Notes: a model not told the origin generated them from the letters alone. Positions 8,067 to 18,809 are shown, numbered from the stretch's first letter. The stretch: DNA of 64,000 nt from an uncultured Gammaproteobacteria bacterium (GCA_964633995.1 CAZWKN010000002.1:5266-69265), one strand, 5' to 3'. Made by a program: numbers and translations.

Positions 8067-10217
8067 ATGGGGTTGATTTCAATTTTGTTTCTGATATCGG
8101 TACCCGTGTTTTACGTGTATGGAGTAATTTGTTTTTTTAGACAGTTTGGTAACAAGAAAACTGTTGATCAAATTCCCACCACACCCACACCCAGCCCACT
8201 TCCCGTTTCGGCCCCGGTCCAAATAGTTAAACCTGAAAAACACATAGACAACGTTAATGTCGTTCTTTACTTGGGGGCATTTTTGATAATTGTCGCATGT
8301 GGGATATTTGCGACCTATTCTTATGCAAACATATCAGACTTAAGTAAGGCCCTATTGATGTTTCTGTTTGCCAGCGGCTTTTATTTGTCCGGACTGCTGA
8401 TGTACAAATCGTCTGAAAAAATAAAACCGGCTGCGATTGTGTTTTCCTGCATTGGTCTTATTAGCTATCCATTGGTCGGGCTGGTAGCAAGTAATTTGAG
8501 CCACGAGCCTGCATACTTACGGATGATTTGGTTTTTAACGTCTCTGGTGTGTGCGGGATTGTACTACTACGCCAATGGCGTAATCCGGCATACCCTGCTG
8601 GATTATTTGGTTGTGTTTACTTCGCTTTCACTTTTCCAGTCCACAATTGGCTTATTTAATTTGCCCGTCCACTACTATTATTGGGGCCTGGCCATTTTTG
8701 CCATGATTAACACAATATTGAATAAGACGAAACTTGAATCTGAACCCGGAAATCCCACTTTGGTAGTCTCTCAAGTCTTGTTGCCGGTAGCCTTGGTATT
8801 TAGCCTGACTGATGTTGTTAACCGAAATTTTTTGCAATCTGGAATTACATTTGCCCTGGCCACCGGCTACTATGGAATGCTGGCTTATATATACAAACCC
8901 CAGGATAAACAACAGATCTTTGCCGCCATTGCGGCTCTGACTGCCCCCATTTCGATAGGATTTATTGGTAAACAGGTACTTCCGAATTTATTTTCTGCAG
9001 AAGAGGGACTTATTTTTGTAGGATTAGGAATTACCTACGCTTTGATAGCTGAGCTGCTAAGACAGGCCAAAAGACCCGATTTGGAACTGTTATTTGCGGC
9101 ATTTGGAAGTGGATTAGCCGGGATGGCTACAGTATTCACTCTTGGTATTCCTGCCTGGTATTTGTCTACGACGGTTGCGTGGGTGGTGCTAAATTATTAT
9201 TTTTATTACCGAACCAAGCATATAATCAATTTTGGAGTGCTAATACTATCTGCATTGGTACTGCCACATGCAATCACCCAGTACTTGACGATGATACAAA
9301 GTGAAGTTGCTTTGGCCTGCATGTATTTAACGTTACTAGTAATCCCACTGAGTGTCCGCGAGCACCTAAACTCTTACTTAAAGATGGCTAGTTATGCCAT
9401 TTTTTTGATAGCTTCAATCTATTTCGCATTTTTAGGGCAGGTGCCGTTGGGATTATTGGTGATTTTAATATCAGGGGGCGTTTGGTATGGGTTGTGCCAA
9501 CTGGAAAATGAACCCAAATTAAAATTCATTTCTGTTTGGATTGGCTATATCGCTGTCGCAAGCGCCAGCATGATTTACAAGCTTACATTGATTGATACCG
9601 CCTTGGGTTATTTATTAACCGCTACTGCCGTGTATTTGATTAATTTGATCAAGCCTCAAAACGCACTTGTTATTAGCGCCTTATTTGGATCAATGCTTGG
9701 GTTTTACCTGTCTTGTTACTTGCCACTTGGCGGGTGGTTGGCCTCTATTGCTCTGGTGGTGACCGGCGGAATGATTGTAGTGGAAGGTATGACCAGAAAG
9801 ATGAAAGTTTATATTCAAACTGGAGTGGCAATCGTCTTGGCCGGAATTCAATTCTATGCCGGAAGAGTATTATTGGTTGATGAAATGCAATTTTACATGC
9901 TGGGCTGGGCGGCTTACGCCTGGTGGATTGATATTGAAATACTGGCACTCGCATTGGCTACAGTCCCCATGGGAGTTCAGGCTTTAACTAGTCAAGTTAG
10001 AGGAGTGGTGTTAATCGGAGAGGGTTTGGCGCTTGTATTTGCCGGATTACATTTTAGGAGGCCGAACGTCTGGAGGTGGGGGTGTGCGGTGTTGGTGGCT
10101 GAAGTTATTTACTATACCAGGGGAATCCTATTGAACCTACCTGGGTGGGTGATCTTTGGCACGTTGGGTATTTTATTACTATCGGGATCGATTTACATAC
10201 TTCAAAAAAGGAAGTAA
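8067..10217 (+). CDS. polytopic integral membrane protein (about 20 TM), function unknown
   Basis: 716 aa, almost entirely hydrophobic helices. Pro/Thr-rich segment PTTPTPSPLPVSAPV near the N-terminus. Confidence 0.5.
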   Translation: MGLISILFLISVPVFYVYGVICFFRQFGNKKTVDQIPTTPTPSPLPVSAPVQIVKPEKHIDNVNVVLYLGAFLIIVACGIFATYSYANISDLSKALLMFLFASGFYLSGLLMYKSSEKIKPAAIVFSCIGLISYPLVGLVASNLSHEPAYLRMIWFLTSLVCAGLYYYANGVIRHTLLDYLVVFTSLSLFQSTIGLFNLPVHYYYWGLAIFAMINTILNKTKLESEPGNPTLVVSQVLLPVALVFSLTDVVNRNFLQSGITFALATGYYGMLAYIYKPQDKQQIFAAIAALTAPISIGFIGKQVLPNLFSAEEGLIFVGLGITYALIAELLRQAKRPDLELLFAAFGSGLAGMATVFTLGIPAWYLSTTVAWVVLNYYFYYRTKHIINFGVLILSALVLPHAITQYLTMIQSEVALACMYLTLLVIPLSVREHLNSYLKMASYAIFLIASIYFAFLGQVPLGLLVILISGGVWYGLCQLENEPKLKFISVWIGYIAVASASMIYKLTLIDTALGYLLTATAVYLINLIKPQNALVISALFGSMLGFYLSCYLPLGGWLASIALVVTGGMIVVEGMTRKMKVYIQTGVAIVLAGIQFYAGRVLLVDEMQFYMLGWAAYAWWIDIEILALALATVPMGVQALTSQVRGVVLIGEGLALVFAGLHFRRPNVWRWGCAVLVAEVIYYTRGILLNLPGWVIFGTLGILLLSGSIYILQKRK

Positions 10218-10293
10218 TGTCTGTTGTCGCTTGCAATTTGATTTTGTACATGGTGTAATTTTTATTGTGAATTCTAATTTGAAGAACTATTTG

Positions 10294-13041
10294 ATGGTGT
10301 TGGGTGCTGTTTTGATTCTTCCGGTCATGGTTTTGTCTGTCCAAGGAGCAAAAAGGTTGTATACAAGCGCTGCTACTTCAAGTTTGCTTTATGGCCAGGT
10401 TGCTATTTCTCCCGAAGCGGACACTATGGTGTATAAAGATAGACCGTCCACCAACTATGGTTATTCCAAAACGTTAGAGGTAAGCGGGAGTCCCGTAAAA
10501 TCTTCATATCTTAGATTTGATCTCAATGATCCAAAATTGATCGGGAAGACAATAACCTCAGCTAAACTGAGATTTAAAGTTTTTGACGGTTCCACCAATA
10601 CGCAAAATGTAAAGTATGTTGACAATACAACCTGGTCCGAGATTTCAACCTCTTATAACAACAGACCCGCGAGTAACCCCACGGTTGTAGCATATATTAA
10701 GAGCTCTAGCGCCGGAAATTGGAACGAGGTTAATCTCACCAATTTTGTGACTAAATTTGTTTCATCGGTGGGGCTAAAAAAGTTCTCACTTGCAATAGAC
10801 TCTACTGGATCCGATGGTTTGATTTTTTATTCTAAGGAAAACCCCACCGACAAACCCCAGCTGGTAGTTTCATATTCTTACACTCCAGGTGGTCCTAGTG
10901 CCCCCACTGCGTGTACACCGACCACGACAGGTGGGTTGGATTACTCGGGAAATTATCTCGAAAAGAATGGAATAAAAGTTGTAAACCTGGCTGGACAGGA
11001 TTATTTATTCTCAGCTTTTTCTAAACCAACTTCTCCATCCGGCTACTATCAGCTTTGGGTCGCTAAACGAAACTTGACAAACATGACTACTGCTCCTGAG
11101 TATTATCCGATACAGTTGGTGGTACCGCTTACGTTTGGATCGGGTCAGAACTGGCATAGAGGAATGGCTTTCGATAACGGAAAGTTGTATGAGGCGGTTT
11201 CGTTTGGATCTGGCCTGAATTTTAATAGTTCAATAGCGGTCTTTGACCCACTGGTCCCTGGTTTATTGGATCCAAATTCTACCTCAAACATGGCGTCAAC
11301 AGGTAGACTGGCAAGTACATCTATGATTTCGGACATAGACGTGTCCTCTATTTCTGGAAAGACCTGGGCTTTTGTATCTGAAACTTCTTCATCCGGAACT
11401 AGCGGTAGGATCGTCGCTTATGATTTGACTAACTTTTCGGTCGGAATGATTCCTACACCAGTGGTGCTTAAAACTTACTCTACCGCCAGCAGACAAACAC
11501 CTTTGAGTATAAAGGTTGTGGGTCAAAGAATTTACATTATTGTTAAACAGATGCCTCCAAGCTCTAATTATTCTGGACCATTTGGAACTGGGGTGGAGGC
11601 GTATGACTTTACGTATACCGGAACCAATGGTGCTCCTACGGCCTTGGCTGCCACTTCGTTGCCCCTTATTAACAACGCTACGCTAACGGGCGGAGTCGAA
11701 AATGGCTACTTGGGATATGCAAGTGATTTGGATTACAACACTACTGATGGTTTGGTTATATCCGACACTAAGAATAATAGAGTGTTGTTTTATAACGTAG
11801 CAACAACGCCACATACTTTGGTTAATAAATTGGGATTGACTAGGGAATCCGAGGCAATTACAACTTACTCAGGTAATGTAGGTGTTTTGAATTACGCAGG
11901 GAACAGCTTTGAAACTTATTCCGGAACTGCTTGCAAGACTAGCCCGGACACTGTAGAGCCCACCGGTACACCGTCTTTGGTGGGATATTGGAATTTTGAT
12001 AATGGATTGGTGGACTCAGTAACTGGCACCAGTACTTTTGTGAGACCTGCCTCTCCACCCATACCAATCAACGTCCAGGTGACTCCAGCCAATTACTCCT
12101 GTGGAAATGCCAGACAAAATTCGTCAGTTCCGTCAACATATGGCCATCTTTCCATGAGTGGTCTATCGACCCTTACTAATCCACTTAATCTTAAACGATT
12201 TACGATATCTTTGTTTTATAACCCTCAATCAACCAATGCTCAAATAATAGATACTGATGTTTATGAAATTTATGGTTATAGTCTGAACTACTACAGCAGC
12301 AAGCTGACATTTTGTCTTGGCTACGGGAATTGTGCTAGTCCGACCATAACCTTGACTGCAAATACTTGGTATCACATGGTGGCAAGCTATGATGGCATGA
12401 CGATTAAGCTTACTGTTTATGATTTGTTGGGTAATCAGCTTGCCACTAGTTCGTTTAATTATGTGGGCGGCCTGACATATCTTGGGGCAAACAACAAGAT
12501 TAGTTTGGTCGATTATTCAAACGGCATTATTGATAACCTAAAAATATATAAGGATGTCTATACCAATGTGACAGACATGAGATCATGTTCTGTGGTTCCC
12601 ACGTCTACTCCAATCCCGACTATTGTTCCAACCTCTACGCCCGTACCGCCTACCTCTACTCCTATTCCTCCAACCTCAACACCAATTCCACCTACTTCTA
12701 CACCCGTTCCGTCTTATAACCTGAATATGATTATTTACGTCGGACCCACTGCGGGCCCGTGCCATATTAATGTACCATGTAGCAGTCCACTTGTTGGGGA
12801 AAGCATTGATATATATTCAACTTCTTCTGGTAAACCTGTGTGGACCACCACATTGGTAACAGATGCTAATGGCCAGACTCAAGCTAATTTGCCTCCCGGA
12901 AGTTATATTGCTCAGTCTAAAGGTTATGATCCCTTGGGTAGCACTTTTAAAAACTTGAGAAAGTTATATCCAACTCCGTTTTCTGTAGTGGCCGGACAGG
13001 TGACTAATTTGGAACTTTCTGTCGATTCCGGATTAAGATGA
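10294..13041 (+). CDS. large secreted multidomain protein: signal peptide, DNRLRE-like beta-sandwich, LamG_3 (concanavalin-like), PTSTP[IV]P repeat linker, C-terminal Ig/CarbopepD_reg-like domain
   Basis: Start moved to the ATG at 10294 (MVLGAVLILPVMVLSVQGAKR signal peptide). SSYLRFDL...AKLRFKVFDG motif. GYWNFDNGLVDSVTG and W-HMVASYDG typical of Laminin_G_3. 5x tandem PTSTPxP. C-terminal IDIYSTSSGKPVWTTTLVTDANGQ beta-sandwich. Confidence 0.6.
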   Translation: MVLGAVLILPVMVLSVQGAKRLYTSAATSSLLYGQVAISPEADTMVYKDRPSTNYGYSKTLEVSGSPVKSSYLRFDLNDPKLIGKTITSAKLRFKVFDGSTNTQNVKYVDNTTWSEISTSYNNRPASNPTVVAYIKSSSAGNWNEVNLTNFVTKFVSSVGLKKFSLAIDSTGSDGLIFYSKENPTDKPQLVVSYSYTPGGPSAPTACTPTTTGGLDYSGNYLEKNGIKVVNLAGQDYLFSAFSKPTSPSGYYQLWVAKRNLTNMTTAPEYYPIQLVVPLTFGSGQNWHRGMAFDNGKLYEAVSFGSGLNFNSSIAVFDPLVPGLLDPNSTSNMASTGRLASTSMISDIDVSSISGKTWAFVSETSSSGTSGRIVAYDLTNFSVGMIPTPVVLKTYSTASRQTPLSIKVVGQRIYIIVKQMPPSSNYSGPFGTGVEAYDFTYTGTNGAPTALAATSLPLINNATLTGGVENGYLGYASDLDYNTTDGLVISDTKNNRVLFYNVATTPHTLVNKLGLTRESEAITTYSGNVGVLNYAGNSFETYSGTACKTSPDTVEPTGTPSLVGYWNFDNGLVDSVTGTSTFVRPASPPIPINVQVTPANYSCGNARQNSSVPSTYGHLSMSGLSTLTNPLNLKRFTISLFYNPQSTNAQIIDTDVYEIYGYSLNYYSSKLTFCLGYGNCASPTITLTANTWYHMVASYDGMTIKLTVYDLLGNQLATSSFNYVGGLTYLGANNKISLVDYSNGIIDNLKIYKDVYTNVTDMRSCSVVPTSTPIPTIVPTSTPVPPTSTPIPPTSTPIPPTSTPVPSYNLNMIIYVGPTAGPCHINVPCSSPLVGESIDIYSTSSGKPVWTTTLVTDANGQTQANLPPGSYIAQSKGYDPLGSTFKNLRKLYPTPFSVVAGQVTNLELSVDSGLR
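12598..12711 (+). repeat. tandem 21-nt repeat encoding a PTSTP[IV]P linker
   Basis: ccaacctctacgcccgtaccg / cctacctctactcctattcct / ccaacctcaacaccaattcca / cctacttctacacccgttccg. Confidence 0.6.
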
Positions 13042-15046
13042 CAATTGCATAGATTAGAAGACTGATAGTAGATAGCAAACTTCCGACTAGTAATGAATTT
13101 GGATAATAGGTAATTTTTAATTGATTAGTAACTAAATTAGCGGGAATTTCGGCTGAAAGCAAAGTGTCTAAATATGGTTTGGGGTGATATATCTTCCCAC
13201 TGGATACAATCTTCCATCCGGAATCGTAATTTGTAGCAAAAACGACTTGCTTGAATCCAGGACGTGACGAGGCTTTCTCATACACAAAGGGCATGGCCAA
13301 AGGATCCTGGTAAACATCTACGCCTTCGTCGGAAAAGAGCTTGGTAAGCCCTGTGGGGACGGGTTGGCCGCTTTTGACTAAGTAATAGCCAACATTGGCC
13401 AGACGCATAAGAGTGAGGTTTGGTGAACTAATTTCGATAAACCTCCCCGGTGTGCTGGAGGCTGGTTGATTGTTGGCCAGCTGGGAAAATTTATTGAAAG
13501 ATAATAGATAGAGTGGATCATAGCCTCCAAACGACCTGATCTTGTACCACATCCACGAGTTTGGGGGCATGACATCCTTACTTAAACTAACAAAAGCGTA
13601 ATCCCTATGGCTTTGCAGGAACTTAGTGATTTTGGTATCCGGAAAAATTAGCCTGGCCGGCACGAAGGGATTGTATTTACGATAAAACCGCACCAAGTCA
13701 AAAGAAATCAAAAGTAAAAAGGCAAAATATACTAATTTGCGTGGATTTATCCCCGCGACCGCAACTATCAACATAGCCACCGGGATAAGCGAGTTTCGCA
13801 GAGAAACCGGTGATGGGTGGCGAATAAGGAAAGATCCTGTAAGAGCCAGGGTAACAAGACTAATGAATAAATAAGTTCGACGGGATGTAAAAGAGAAAGA
13901 CCTGGCAACCAGAAAACCTGCTGAAAACACGGTCAGAAAGTAAATCCTGGTGGCTAGCGAAAAAGTAAGTAGCGGCACCGGCTGACTGAAAATAAATCGG
14001 GTAATCGGAGTGTCGAAAGATAAAAATAGTGAACCTAAAAACGAGATTACGAAGACGGTGTCTGTTTTGTCGGTAAACTTATTTCTGATTATAGTTAAGG
14101 CTGCGTAACTGGCTAGAACTAATGAAATCGTCCCAAAAAACGGAGAATAATCGTGATATGGGTAATCGCTTGTAAAATTATTGGTAACCGGGTGGCCAAA
14201 AAAATCGGGAGCTATTAACCTAATTGCTTGGGAATAAGAGTTTAGACCATAATTGAAATGGGTAACATATTTATCCTCGGACCTGATTGATTTGGTATAT
14301 AAATCAATGGTGGGGACAAGCTGGATTGCAGAGAGACCTATTCCCAAAATCAAACAGCCCAGAAGCTTTAATAAGTTGTTGCGGGGTAGTATAAGCAAAC
14401 CATATAAACAAATAAAACCGGTGGCATATGTAAGCACCTGGACGTTGCCTGCTAGAATTAGGGCCAGAAAAAAGACTGGAATATTTTTGTATTTTTTGGT
14501 ATCTATGCTCCACAAGATTAGCGGCAACATGGCCATGGCCCAAACAGCTGTGCCAAATTCGGACCAGGTAGACATAGGTCCACCTAGGGCAAACACTACC
14601 GACCCCAACGCTCTTGCTATTGGACTTTGGACATGATTTCTCAAATACAAATACATGGATAAAAAGGCCGCAAGCGTAGAACTTATGATATACAGATTCC
14701 AGCCCCAGGGAATTGGAAGCACCATAAGAATGTTTGCCGGGTGTAATAGAGCAGAATGAAACGTGGCCAAAAACGGGGTTCCTAAAAATACATAGGGGTT
14801 CCAGGTGGGAACATGGCCAGAGAGAAGCTCTGCCACCCCTAAATGTTTCCAAATAAAGAACTGATCAAATACGTCGGATAAAAGGCCATTTTTGACCGGA
14901 ACGCCTGTCGAATAGCCCCAGTGATACGAAACCCATGGATAATAGGCTCCAACCAGTGTGTCTAATGGGGCCGCAACCAAACTTTTAAACCCTAAATCCC
15001 AAAATAAAAATCCAAATAATAAACAAACAAACAAAAGTTTTTTCAT
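13004..15046 (-). CDS. GT-C fold membrane glycosyltransferase-like protein (YfhO/PMT-like), function unknown
   Basis: 680 aa with more than 12 TM helices plus a C-terminal soluble domain and terminal TM. Adjacent to two further GT-C genes. Confidence 0.45.
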   Translation of the reverse strand: MKKLLFVCLLFGFLFWDLGFKSLVAAPLDTLVGAYYPWVSYHWGYSTGVPVKNGLLSDVFDQFFIWKHLGVAELLSGHVPTWNPYVFLGTPFLATFHSALLHPANILMVLPIPWGWNLYIISSTLAAFLSMYLYLRNHVQSPIARALGSVVFALGGPMSTWSEFGTAVWAMAMLPLILWSIDTKKYKNIPVFFLALILAGNVQVLTYATGFICLYGLLILPRNNLLKLLGCLILGIGLSAIQLVPTIDLYTKSIRSEDKYVTHFNYGLNSYSQAIRLIAPDFFGHPVTNNFTSDYPYHDYSPFFGTISLVLASYAALTIIRNKFTDKTDTVFVISFLGSLFLSFDTPITRFIFSQPVPLLTFSLATRIYFLTVFSAGFLVARSFSFTSRRTYLFISLVTLALTGSFLIRHPSPVSLRNSLIPVAMLIVAVAGINPRKLVYFAFLLLISFDLVRFYRKYNPFVPARLIFPDTKITKFLQSHRDYAFVSLSKDVMPPNSWMWYKIRSFGGYDPLYLLSFNKFSQLANNQPASSTPGRFIEISSPNLTLMRLANVGYYLVKSGQPVPTGLTKLFSDEGVDVYQDPLAMPFVYEKASSRPGFKQVVFATNYDSGWKIVSSGKIYHPKPYLDTLLSAEIPANLVTNQLKITYYPNSLLVGSLLSTISLLIYAIVILIRNRQKVPN

Positions 15047-17133
15047 TTGGGAACTACTGTAACTTTATAGGCAGATAATTGGCTTACGGAATAATTTTTG
15101 ACTACGCGAATCGGATCCGAATCTGAGACCAGGAGGGTGGTGCCAATACAACCCGGCACGTCGAGCTGGGACTTAAAAAGAGAAAAGTAGTCTTCGAGAT
15201 CAAGAATTAACGAGGAAGGGGCTTTGGTGTTGCAGCCTACGATATACCACAATCCCCTGTCTAGGGTAAAGGCATTGCCGGAAATGACGATTTTTTTAGG
15301 GAGTTTGGCAATCTGCAGGTCGTATTTTTCGACAGACGATACAAGCGGAGCAAATTGGTAGGCGGCAAATTTGTCTCCTATTAAATCGGGCTTGTTTTTC
15401 ATCTGATTAAAGATATAAAACCAAGGATTGACTCCTTTTTTGACCCACTCTTTTTGGGTAATCACAAAATAGTCAAATGGCGACCAGGCTAGATATTTTG
15501 CCAAATAACTCCAATATTCAAGTCGTGCCAAAATTACATCTGAGGGGGTCTTGCCAAAAACCGTACCCTCAAAAACATGCCTCCCCATGGTCTCAAAGAC
15601 TCCATGGTCTGACCCAATATTACCTGCAATATACACCCCCGAATCGTAAAGATGGGGACTTAATAACGTTTTCCACCCTAAGGGCGGAATATAAAAAGCC
15701 CAATTTTCTTTTTGATAGGCTGCGAGTTTGGTTTCTTTTGGAAGTTTTCTAGCCCAAGTAATCAACTGACTATCCTCGACGGTTAAAATCCGCCTGTCCT
15801 TCCAGGAATTGACATGCTCATACAAATAGCCATATGCACTAAATCCTAAGTTGATTGCAAGTATCAGTAAGAAAATAACACGGGCGGCAGGGCTTTTAAG
15901 CTTTTCGTAAATCATACCCACAGCCATAGGTACTAGTAGTTGAATAGGTAAAATACTACGCATACCAAAGTCGTTGGGCCCTGGGGTCCTGATAAACCAG
16001 GTGATAAGGATGGGAAGCAGCATGGCAAGTCCTATATATCCATTGGGTATGGCCAATAAACTAATCAGGGCAAGTGGTCCGTATTCTACGATTATGTTTA
16101 ATAGCCGGTTTAAAAGCGCTTGAGAAGTTATAAACGTATAAAACCCTGGCGTGTAGAAATAAAAAAGATTGGCCCGGTTACTAAGTTGTGATAAATAGGG
16201 TAATGCCAAAGCGAGCGCGCACACTCCTGACAAAATTAGGCAATATCTTTTTTCAGGATATTTTAGGAAAAAAAGTCCTAGCCAAAGTACCGCGGTGATG
16301 GCAACAAAAAAACTGGTAAGACCGATGTAGACTAGGCCCGTAGACACAAGAATGAAATTTAGAATAGTAAGTTTTTCTTTGTGAAGAAGATAGGCTAGAT
16401 AAATAAGGGCTAGTGCTGCCAACACGTGCTGGGGAACCCAAAGATAGGACATGAAAGTGTTGTTTACGATTAGGCCCAAATTTAGTTCCTGGGACCAGGA
16501 TTCGATGTGGCGAATATTGGGACTATTGATTTTTAGTGTGGGAACAATGTCTAAACCAGTACCAGTAATAAGCACAATGACCATGAGGATTCTGACCCAC
16601 TTTGAAGTGATAAAAAGTTTTGAAAGGGAATACAAAAAGGCTAATGTGAGGGCTATGGTAAGTGGCGGATATAACCACATAACCACGTTGTAGCCCACGC
16701 CAGTAACTTTGGCGATGGCGGCAGGGATAAGATAATAGCCATAGTAATAGGATAAATTGGCATTGGGATAATATGGGTGAACTGGAGGCAATCCCCTATT
16801 TAAAATGGCGGTGATGGCATAAACATGTTTGTAGTAATCATTGATACCCGTAAATTCGTAGAACTTAAATCCGTTGATAGTCTGGGTCAAAACTAACGGT
16901 GAGAGCACAAAAAGCAAAGTACAGATTTCGAAAAAAATTAAGCCTGTTACAACAAGATGTTCAGAAGTTATTTGCGTAAAGTGTATATCAAAATAACTAC
17001 GTAGTTTGAGGATGGCCAACAACGGCAAAAGCAGTATGGCCAAAAAAGCAAACCAGTCGATACCAAAGAAGCTCATCCAAAAATACAAGCCTACCGTGGT
17101 GGTAAACAGGTAGAAAAAACAAGCCTTCAACAT
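15043..17133 (-). CDS. GT-C fold membrane glycosyltransferase-like protein, function unknown
   Basis: 696 aa, polytopic N-terminal two-thirds and a soluble C-terminal domain. 4-nt overlap with the upstream gene. Confidence 0.45.
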   Translation of the reverse strand: MLKACFFYLFTTTVGLYFWMSFFGIDWFAFLAILLLPLLAILKLRSYFDIHFTQITSEHLVVTGLIFFEICTLLFVLSPLVLTQTINGFKFYEFTGINDYYKHVYAITAILNRGLPPVHPYYPNANLSYYYGYYLIPAAIAKVTGVGYNVVMWLYPPLTIALTLAFLYSLSKLFITSKWVRILMVIVLITGTGLDIVPTLKINSPNIRHIESWSQELNLGLIVNNTFMSYLWVPQHVLAALALIYLAYLLHKEKLTILNFILVSTGLVYIGLTSFFVAITAVLWLGLFFLKYPEKRYCLILSGVCALALALPYLSQLSNRANLFYFYTPGFYTFITSQALLNRLLNIIVEYGPLALISLLAIPNGYIGLAMLLPILITWFIRTPGPNDFGMRSILPIQLLVPMAVGMIYEKLKSPAARVIFLLILAINLGFSAYGYLYEHVNSWKDRRILTVEDSQLITWARKLPKETKLAAYQKENWAFYIPPLGWKTLLSPHLYDSGVYIAGNIGSDHGVFETMGRHVFEGTVFGKTPSDVILARLEYWSYLAKYLAWSPFDYFVITQKEWVKKGVNPWFYIFNQMKNKPDLIGDKFAAYQFAPLVSSVEKYDLQIAKLPKKIVISGNAFTLDRGLWYIVGCNTKAPSSLILDLEDYFSLFKSQLDVPGCIGTTLLVSDSDPIRVVKNYSVSQLSAYKVTVVPK

Positions 17134-17136
17134 AAA

Positions 17137-18804
17137 CTATTTTGTAAACGTGTAGAAGGCGGGGGTCGAATCGGGATAATGTATCTTTGAGATGACTGTC
17201 ATACGATCCAGTTGGGGCTGATCGGCCGCTGAAATGATCAAGTTGTTGCCATGGAATGAGCTATTCTGAAAAATGTCAAACCAATTTCTGCTTCCGGGAG
17301 ATAAAAAAAGCATATTGGAAAAGGCGATGCCTGAAATACCGGGCACGACCTCCACTTGGTTAAGAGGATGCATGGATTGAAAAGCAGCCGGGGCTAGTCG
17401 GGAATTAAAAAGATAAGCCATAAGGCCTGAGTCTTCGTGCAAGTCCACTATCACCCGATCGTAGGATTTTGAATTATTGACTGCTATGTTGACAACCTGG
17501 TCGAAACCATACTGAAACGGTTTGGCAGATTCAAAACGGTAAAAGCTGAAAAAATAATCAAATATAAATAGACCAGAGATAATAAACAAGAGACAATAAC
17601 CAAGAGACAAAAGTTTAAATTTGGAAAATAAATAGTTTATCCCAAGGGAAATTGTGAGAATGAAGGCTGGAAGCATCAAGAAAGTCCTGGCGGCATGCGG
17701 ACCCCCGTCACGTGTAAGCGCTGACGGAATCGGGCCTACTAGAAGCCAAAAAAACAACAACCTAGACGCTGGATGCTTGATACTAGATGCTAGGAGAAAG
17801 AGACCGAGTAGAAATGGGACAATTTCTATGAGATGAAACTGGCCGATGGAGTCTTTGCTTGGAGAATGGCGGAGTTGTTGATCCCCTTTTAAAAATAAGT
17901 ATTCCAGCGAAAAGGTGCGGGTGTAATTGCTTAAGAAGGTATTGAAAATAAATACGGGTTTATTGATTAATAATTTGTCGATTAATGACGGCTGCATGCC
18001 AACCTGTCTTTGAACCCCAGCCGATACGGCATGGTCCTCGCGCTTGAGATTAACACTGGCTGAAATCGTGGGGTCGGTAAAAATCGACACATCGTGAAAC
18101 CTGGTACCGGAAACCCCAAAGAAACCATCGTAAAGAATTGGCCCGGAAATAATAGCCAGTGCAAATGCAGCCAAGACAGATAGCCGAAGTGCCTGAGCCA
18201 AATGTTTTAAATTTTGGAGCATCAGAAGCAAGACTAAAAGTGGGACAAAAAACTTGGCCGGACTATACGAAGCGATGCTTAATCCAAAAGCCAGACCGGA
18301 AAGAATAAGCCAAGAGGGGCGGGTAAAAGATTTGTAGAAACCTACTAGCCCAAGAAGTAAAAACATTAACATGGCATTGCACTCTACACTTTGCCGGCCA
18401 TAGAGCACGTGCCAGGGAGATGCAGCCATTGATATGGCTGCGAAATTTCTAATTCCTAATGACAAATTTCTAAATAATAGGCCTGTCAGGATATAAATAA
18501 AAAAAACCGACAAAATGCCGTAGATGGCTGAGGGAAGGCGGACTGCAAGTGAAGTAAGACCGAGGAATTTAACAAACGGGACAACCGAATAAATAAAAAC
18601 CGGGGTGCGATAGTCTGCAAACGAATGCAAAAATAACGGAAGGGAGTTGCCAAAATAATCCTTGCCAGTGGTCAAGAGTGAATAGGCTTGATAACCAGTG
18701 TCTTGTTCGTCCCAATGCAGTCCATTTGGAAGATGTGGCAGGTCGTATAAACGAAGAAAAGCAGCCAAAAGGATTATGGCGGCAAGCAGGAGACGAATTT
18801 TCAT
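17137..18804 (-). CDS. glycosyltransferase family 39/83 (PMT_2 / ArnT-like dolichyl-phosphate-mannose protein mannosyltransferase family)
   Basis: Characteristic N-terminus LLLAAIILLAAFLRLYDL...HWDEQDTGYQAYSLL and the loop DYFGNSLPLF. 555 aa, polytopic. Confidence 0.7.
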   Translation of the reverse strand: MKIRLLLAAIILLAAFLRLYDLPHLPNGLHWDEQDTGYQAYSLLTTGKDYFGNSLPLFLHSFADYRTPVFIYSVVPFVKFLGLTSLAVRLPSAIYGILSVFFIYILTGLLFRNLSLGIRNFAAISMAASPWHVLYGRQSVECNAMLMFLLLGLVGFYKSFTRPSWLILSGLAFGLSIASYSPAKFFVPLLVLLLMLQNLKHLAQALRLSVLAAFALAIISGPILYDGFFGVSGTRFHDVSIFTDPTISASVNLKREDHAVSAGVQRQVGMQPSLIDKLLINKPVFIFNTFLSNYTRTFSLEYLFLKGDQQLRHSPSKDSIGQFHLIEIVPFLLGLFLLASSIKHPASRLLFFWLLVGPIPSALTRDGGPHAARTFLMLPAFILTISLGINYLFSKFKLLSLGYCLLFIISGLFIFDYFFSFYRFESAKPFQYGFDQVVNIAVNNSKSYDRVIVDLHEDSGLMAYLFNSRLAPAAFQSMHPLNQVEVVPGISGIAFSNMLFLSPGSRNWFDIFQNSSFHGNNLIISAADQPQLDRMTVISKIHYPDSTPAFYTFTK

Positions 18805-18809
18805 TGATG

